Source: Antechinus flavipes (Eukaryota). Taken from it: 64,000 nucleotides of DNA. The translations under genes were made by a program, and so were the position numbers. The stretch lies in NCBI RefSeq assembly GCF_016432865.1, contig NC_067400.1:614110001-614174000 (forward strand), given 5' to 3'. Below, one piece after another: positions 57,649 to 64,000 of the stretch (positions are counted from its first letter, which is position 1; each line of letters begins with the position of its first letter). The notes below the pieces were generated by a model, which did not search any database, was not told the DNA's origin, and saw only the letters and a list, made by a program, of their open reading frames with translations.

Positions 57649-59366
57649 TCAATGGTGAGCACAATCAGCAACAGGACCACCCGATATTTCTTGGGTCTTC
57701 TCCTTTGTTTCAAGGGTCTGCTCCATCTCTCTGCGATGGACAAGGCGAATGCGGCTCGTCGGCACCCATCTGATTCCTTCTCCACATGTAGAGATGCAAG
57801 CAAATCCTCTCCCCCAAGCAGTTAGCCTATCTGGTCCCTTCCATTCACCACTTTCTGGATCTCTCCACATCACCTGGCGATTATCTAAAGATAGTGGAGC
57901 TGCTCGCACTGGACACTGCTCTTCTGGTGGGTTATAAAACCTGTCTGCTGGAGCCAGTGCATCTTTATCAAAGATTAAAAAATTAATGGTATAGAGAACT
58001 AAATTTAGAAGTTCTCTAGGGTTACCCGTGGCTCCCCCTTTCTTTTGTTTTTGGAGGAGTGTCTTAATGTCTCTGTTTCTTCTTTCTACTATTGCTTGAC
58101 CTTGAGGATTAAAGGGTATGCCAGTAGTGTGTAAAATCTTATACTGTGCACAAAAGTGTTCAAAATGTTTGGAGGTATATGCCGGTCCATTATCTGTTTT
58201 TATTTCTTGTGGCACACCCATAATTGCGAATGCTTGAATGAGGAATTCAGTGACCACTCGGGCTGTCTCTTTTGCTGCTGGTATGGCAAAAGTGAATCCT
58301 GAAAAGGTGTCTACCACAACGTGGATAAAAGACAGACGACCAAAAGATTTATAATGAGTCACATCCATTTGCCAGATTTCATTGGGTCTCAAACCACGAG
58401 GGTTCTTCCCTGGAGGCAGTGTAGGAGCGTGGAAGGGAAGGCAAGCTGTACAGCTTTTCACTATGCTCCTAGCTTCTTCTTTTTAATCCCAAACTGTAAA
58501 CGCAAAGCTCGAGCAGCCTGATGGTATTTAGAATGGGATTCCTGGGCCTCCTGAAATAAAGGTGTACTGGCCAACATAGTTAAAAGGCTATCTGCCTTTG
58601 AATTTCCATCAAAAATAGGACCTGGAAGTCCACTATGTGAGTGGACATGCAGGATATAATCTTTCCTGGATGCTTTCTCACTCGCTCTTGAAGTTCCTTA
58701 AAGAGCTGATATATATTAGAAGCTGCAAATTTTATTTGGGCTGTGGCAATTCTTTGTACCACACCTACTGAATAGGTTGAATCAGATATTATATTTATGT
58801 TGCCTGGGTAATAAGTGAGAGCTAGCATGATCGCATATAATTCGTTCTGCTGAGTGGACTGAAAAGGAGTTCTGACTACTCTTTTTACGGTTAAATCATG
58901 AGAGTATACAGCACAAATATTTTGTTTGGCTGCGTCTGTAAAAATAGTTGGTCCTTCAAGAGGAACCTTAGAAACCTTCTCCTCAAAAATCCACTGCCAA
59001 TTATGCAGTAGTCTGGTTATCTTTAATGGAGATCCATGTGCAAAATTTGGAGCCATGGCCAATAAAATTTGCCACTCTGGGATGGTTTCACAGCATACAT
59101 TAATTTGTGCATTTGTATAAAAGGTGTATATCTTGTCAGGTCTTGTCCCAGATAATTGTACTGCTCGCTTAATGGCCTTTAAGAGAATCCTAGCCACAAG
59201 CACTGGGTAAGGCGTAAGGCTTTGTTCTGGTTGTGCTGGGAGGTTCACCCACTCTATCACACTGTCTCCTTGATGAAGGACTGCTGTGGGTGCTTCTTTC
59301 GTAGCAAAAACTGATATTTCCAAGGGTTTTTGAGTTACTCTTTCAACTACATTTGTGAGTCCAAAA
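57649..59366 (-). pseudogene. pol: ERV pol remnant: RT connection, RNase H and integrase, two frameshifts (~58657, ~58480)
   Basis: RNase H TIFTDAA..NELYA..IISDSTY; integrase HSKYH..CTAC, WQMDVTH, IKTDNGPAY, IVERRN. ORF 57649-58461 is open through the DDE core and C-terminus. Confidence 0.9.
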
Positions 59367-59459
59367 AAATGTTGGAGTTCAAATGTTGGGTTCTTGTTCT
59401 TCTTTAAAATATTATAAAAGTTCTCTCTGGGTGCCTTCCCTGGAATCAGGATTTTGTCG

Positions 59460-59477
59460 GTTCCTGTTCGGGCGCCA
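59460..59477 (-). promoter_or_regulatory. Primer-binding site, tRNA-Lys3 type
   Basis: TGGCGCCCGAACAGGAAC, 17/18 identical to the Lys3 PBS TGGCGCCCGAACAGGGAC used by HIV-1 and MMTV. Confidence 0.88.
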
Positions 59478-59480
59478 AAA

Positions 59481-60010
59481 TGTTGTGATCTTTTTCTTCT
59501 CAAAACGCAGCCAGGTGATAAAAGTTCAGATCTTTTATTATCTCCAATATAACCCGGTTAGCTTAGAGGCCTATCTCTCTGCTTGGTTCTAAGAGCTCCC
59601 TCTGAATGTCGCCAAATCCAAAGGTTTTGTCCTTCAGCCTCTGCCTCTGCTTTCTTCAGCCTCCAGCCAGCTCCACTCTTCATGTCATTCCGGAGAAATC
59701 TCTCAAAGTGCTCTGTGTCAGTTTCTTTTATACAAGAGGGAGGAATTGTGGGATACGAGAGAGAGGGATTATGGGTTTTCTCCCACAGTGCTCTCTGGCC
59801 CTAAGAGCTTTAAGGGAGGTGTGAATTCCCAAAATTACAAAGTTTACTTTGTGAAGCTGGCGTACTTGTGAACTCCGATGAGTAAAGGTGTGAATACAAG
59901 CCTTGTATTAATTAGTTCTACTTAGTATCTTGTTTCAGGTTCTGCCCAAAATATCTTCTTGTAAGATTAGATCAACTCTAATTAGTTAGCAGTTTGTAAA
60001 GATTCCAACA
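59481..60010 (-). repeat. ERV 5' LTR (530 bp)
   Basis: Minus strand TGTTGGAATC...CACAACA; TATAAAA 59732-59726; AATAAA 59539-59534; followed by TTT and the PBS. Confidence 0.88.
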
Positions 60011-61310
60011 GGGATGAGGGATCATGTTGATTGCACTCTGAAGTCCTCATTTTTGGTCCTTGAAGCAAGGTCTGTCAACCAATGGGATTCTGTATTTTGT
60101 GTAGTTCCCCCTAGAGTGTTTGATATCAAACCCTATAAGAATAACGGCCTGGAGGAAGGGGCCAAACCAGAGCATGAGGAAGATCTGAGATCCACTTCAT
60201 TATAGGGACCCTGGACCCTTTTATAAAGGGCCAGTGGCTCAGAGCTCTGCCTCAGTGGCTTTTCTTGCAGACTAGGCGACTACAAACCCCATTGTTTCTT
60301 TTTATTTGTCTATTCATCATCTGCAGGTGTAACCAAAAGCTCGGTTTTGAAACCGGACCTTACCTCTCTGTTTTCTCTCAGGGATCTCATGACATCAAGT
60401 ATGGTCTCAGTGGAAATATCTCCTATATCCACCCGTCTATTTCTCATCTTTCCCTTGAACCAGCACCACATCTTTAGTTCCTTAAGGACACTACCCCTTG
60501 GCTGTCTCCAAATAATAATATTCCATATTTACATAGATTTGCAAGTACTTTACAGAAATCTTCTCATAAGACCCTTGGAGACAGGGTTATACATTATACA
60601 GTATTGAGTTGCCCAGAATTGCATCATTCACGAGTGAGGCTAGATTTAGGTCTTTTGGATTGTAGGCATAGAGCTCTATTTATTGGATTGTCTACTTGTT
60701 TCCTAAGGCAAAATGCACCAAATCAATCAACAATCAAACAATCAATCAATACCTATTATGTGCCAGGTGCTGAAAATATGAGTATAAGAAAATGAAAATT
60801 CTCAAGGAGTTTATATTCTATTAGAGAAAGACATGCATGTATGTAAGCAGAATAAGTATAAGTATATACAAGATATATATATATGTATATATATATATAT
60901 GTTTTTATATATATATATATGTATACACACACACAAAATAAATAGAAATAGTTTGAGGCAAGCACCAACAATTGGGAGAATGTCAGTCAATCAGTCAGCA
61001 TTAATTAAGCATAAGGCTTTTATGTGTTGGTATTTTGCTGGGGATATAGAGAAGGGCAAAAAATGCTCTTTGCTTCCAGGACCTTATAGCCTAATGGGAA
61101 CCCCCCCTTCCTCCCATTCCCCATCCTCTTTCCTACCTCCACACTACCTCTGCACTTGCTCTGGGAATGCTTGGTCTCTAGAGGTTGGCTGGCTCCTTTC
61201 AAGACTCTCAGGGTAAGTGTCAGGGACAGCATTGCTTGTGAGCCCCAACCCGTTAGCAATTTGCCAAGCAAACTTTATGAGCTTTTGAAAAAGACATTTA
61301 CAGAGCACTG

Positions 61311-61413
61311 GGTGTTGCAGTGGAGAGAGCACCAGTTCAGGAGGACTCGAGTTCAAATGTGACCTCAGACACTTAACATTGCTAGCTATGTGACCTGGGG
61401 CAAGTCACTTAAT
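61311..61413 (+). mobile_element. Marsupial tRNA-derived SINE, truncated by a gap
   Basis: GCAGTGGAGAGAGCAC..GAGTTCAAATGTGACCTCAGACACTT..TGTGACCTGGGGCAAGTCACTTAA. Confidence 0.75.
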
Positions 61414-61689
61414 NNNNNNNNNNNNNNNNNNNNNNNNNNNNNNNNNNNNNNNNNNNNNNNNNNNNNNNNNNNNNNNNNNNNNNNNNNNNNNNNNNNNNNN
61501 NNNNNNNNNNNNNNNNNNNNNNNNNNNNNNNNNNNNNNNNNNNNNNNNNNNNNNNNNNNNNNNNNNNNNNNNNNNNNNNNNNNNNNNNNNNNNNNNNNNN
61601 NNNNNNNNNNNNNNNNNNNNNNNNNNNNNNNNNNNNNNNNNNNNNNNNNNNNNNNNNNNNNNNNNNNNNNNNNNNNNNNNNNNNNNTCA

Positions 61690-62400
61690 AGGGGATGGTA
61701 AGGTCTGTGTCCGGATGGTGGAGACTTGGACACATTTATAGGCAACAGTAAAGGAGCTCAGAGCGAGTTGATGGTGAGCTGAGGGGTGATAATGGAGGTA
61801 ACCTGTTGGGGCTGATGGAAGGTCCAGGATCCAAGACACACGTGGAGGGCTGGTGGTGGCAAGAAGGGCCCTTCCCCAGAATGGGAGGCTCTGGAAAAGC
61901 AGGAGAGAGCGAGTGTGATGTCCAGGGGTGTGAGAGGGAAGAAGCTTAAAGAAGGAGTCACCGTGACTAGACAAAATTTGTTTTATTCTCCAGTAAAGGA
62001 GTAAGGGAGAAGAGATAACATGGATTTATAGTCGATGTGGTCAGTACAGTTTTGCAACCTCTGTTAGCTCTGCACAGAATGTGAGTGGGAGAGATGGAGG
62101 AGGAGTAGGAAGAGGAGGAGAGCCAGGCAGGGATGGGATTTGGCAAGGATTAGTTATATTTGGATCAGGGAAGGAAGGCTTCCATAGTGCAGGATAGTGG
62201 GGAGCTGGCCTGGTAACTATGGGGTTGAGAGCTGGGATATGGACTTGAGAAGATGCTTTGGAGGGAAGGGGTGAGAGGAATGGGATAGGTTTTGGGGAGG
62301 AGTGAGGCAGGCAGGGAGAGAAGGAAGGAGAAGGGTTTATGGTCAGAATTTCTGAAGGCTGTGGAGCACCAGGGGTGATATGGGATTCATAGTCCCTGGC
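61690..62400 (-). mobile_element. Degenerate L2 fragment
   Basis: Purine-rich L2-like text (GATGGTGAGCTGAGGGGTGATAATGGAGG, GGTCAGAATTTCTGAAGG); by eye. Confidence 0.45.
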
Positions 62401-62833
62401 ACGCAGTAGGCGCTGTATAAATGTTTTTTCTTTTTCCCTTCCCTTAAAAAGGCCTTTCTTGATTCACCCAATTGTTATGATGCCTCTTTCTTCCTCTATC
62501 ACTGTGTATTTATTTAATGTCTATCTTGTGCTTACACGTCTATGAATAAATACTGTCACCCAGAAGAATGGAAGCTTCCTGGGAGATGGGACTGTCCCAT
62601 TTTTGCATTTGTAACCTTAGCAGCTCAGCAGCTGGTACACAGTGGGTGCTCAATAAAGACTTTCTTGATTTTTGGTAAGTTGATTGATGTCCAAGGAAGC
62701 AGATCTGGACCTCTCCTTGCCTCCATGCTGTTGCCCCGAGTTGTCAGTACGGGTCAGATGTGAAGGGGAAGATATGTACGCAGCCCCCACCTTCCATTCC
62801 CGAATTCCTGCCCTGGGCCCCAGCTGTCCTGAT

Positions 62834-63050
62834 TCTTTTTTTTTTTTTTTAGTAATAGCTTTTTATTATCCAAATACATGTAAAGGTAGTTTTCCACAGT
62901 CACCTTCAAAACCTTGTGTTCCAAACTTTTCTCCGTCCTTTCCCCGTCCTCCCTCCCCTAGACAACAAGTAATCTAATATATGTTAAACACACGCAGTTC
63001 TTCTGTGCATATTTCCCCACTTCTCATGCTGCACCAGAAATACCCCATTG
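62834..63050 (-). mobile_element. Marsupial L1 3' end with poly(A) tail
   Basis: Poly-T then TAATAGCTTTTTATT..CAAATACATGTAAAGGTAGTTTT..AAAACCTTGTGTTCCAAA..AAGTAATCTAATATATGTTAAAC. Confidence 0.75.
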
Positions 63051-64000
63051 GTTTTTGCATCTAGTCCCAGGTTCCCTTGGGCTCTCTTCACCCTTCGGAC
63101 ATCTTCTCACCCCACCTCCTGCTCCAGCCCAAAGTAGAAGTAAATCTACTCTTATCACTGCTTTGGGGAAGGGCTCTGGGACCCCCATATCCCTTCTCAC
63201 TGTCCCATTTCTAAACCCAGATCTCCCTGGCTGCTCCTTCCCTATAGGGTTGTTTCCTCTGCTAGAACAAGCAGGTGTTTTCTTTTGGTATTCCTTCCCT
63301 CTGAGCTTGGCACCCTGGGAGATTCAATAAAGACCTTTTTACTCATTCATGGAGGGGGAGAGAGTCTAACCGGATGTTCGAATGCTTTATGATTCATTAA
63401 CCCTATAGTGCTCATAGAGTTCGTGTGCTCATAAATTCTTGTGATTCCTTTGCAACTTTATCCATTGTGTTTGGGCAGGAAATCGAGGCCGTCCTATACC
63501 TGACAGGCATCTAGGCCATTCAGGGCCTGTAAAGGATTTGGGAACTCTTGCTGCATACATTTTGGACATACCTAACCTAGACTTATAACGGACTCCTGAT
63601 AAAAACCTCCCTTTTCCAATTTCGATTAGCTACCGTTCAGCAATGAGTAATTTTAGGGAGCTGCTTGGGTGGCTCTGAAAGGTTAAGTGGTTTTCTCCTT
63701 GTCACTGAGCAGTACGTGTTAGCAGAAGGAGTTAGAAGCAGGCCTTCCTGATTCCGAGGCTGCCTCTCTGTCCTCTGTGCCTTTCTAAAGCTACACTAGG
63801 AGAATGTTTAGAGACTTTTCGAGACATTTCCAGATGGAAGCACTGATCCAAAGAGAGAAACTGACCCTCTCTGGGTCAGCTTCCCAGCATCCAAGCCCAG
63901 AGTCTTTAATGGAGATCAAGACTGGGGGCCACCTGGCCCAAATGTCATTCCACCCACATCCCAACCAAAAAGCTGCTCCAATGGAGAAGCCATTGAAGGA

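Larger units (their letters stand above)
56524..60010 (-). mobile_element. Class II (betaretrovirus-like) endogenous retrovirus, internally deleted
   Basis: TG...CA termini; 6-bp TSD GGGATG at 56518-56523 and 60011-60016; 5' LTR 60010-59481; PBS; pol remnant; PPT; 3' LTR 57158-56524. Confidence 0.92.

Noticed and set aside
58580-59503. 307-aa ORF running from the LTR through the PBS into RNase H as a novel fusion protein
   Set aside because: Starts at TTG inside U5 with no early AUG; simply an open frame across the deletion junction.

Overview
Marsupial genomic DNA (MAR1/WSINE1-type tRNA-derived SINEs, MIR, L2, CR1/L3 and a marsupial L1 3' end; lineage possibly dasyuromorph), syntenic to human 19q13.2. 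Genes rebuilt exon by exon with GT-AG sites and matching phases: ITPKC(+, 1020 aa), ACTMAP/C19orf54(-, 309 aa), SNRPA(+, 281 aa), MIA(+, 132 aa), RAB4B(+, 213 aa), EGLN2(+, 387 aa) and a CYP2T-like P450(-). In the P450, exons 3-9 are intact, exon 2 carries two frameshifts and exon 1 could not be found. A 3.5-kb class II (betaretrovirus-like) ERV with a 6-bp TSD lies at 56524-60010. It has a tRNA-Lys3 PBS, RNase H/integrase remnants, no gag/pro/env, two dissimilar LTRs and an internal copy of an LTR end. Non-coding highlights are a U12-type intron in ACTMAP, the U1A autoregulatory PIE in the SNRPA 3'UTR, overlapping uORFs in front of EGLN2, a PxIxIT-like calcineurin docking motif in ITPKC and several intronic minisatellites, one built from splice-signal-like units. 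I did not find a wholly new biological system. The best leads are the half-decayed CYP2T, the mosaic ERV and these regulatory features. Four N gaps limit the view: 35673-35841, 35873-36044, 50848-50981, 61414-61686. All homology calls come from recalled family sequences; no search was run.
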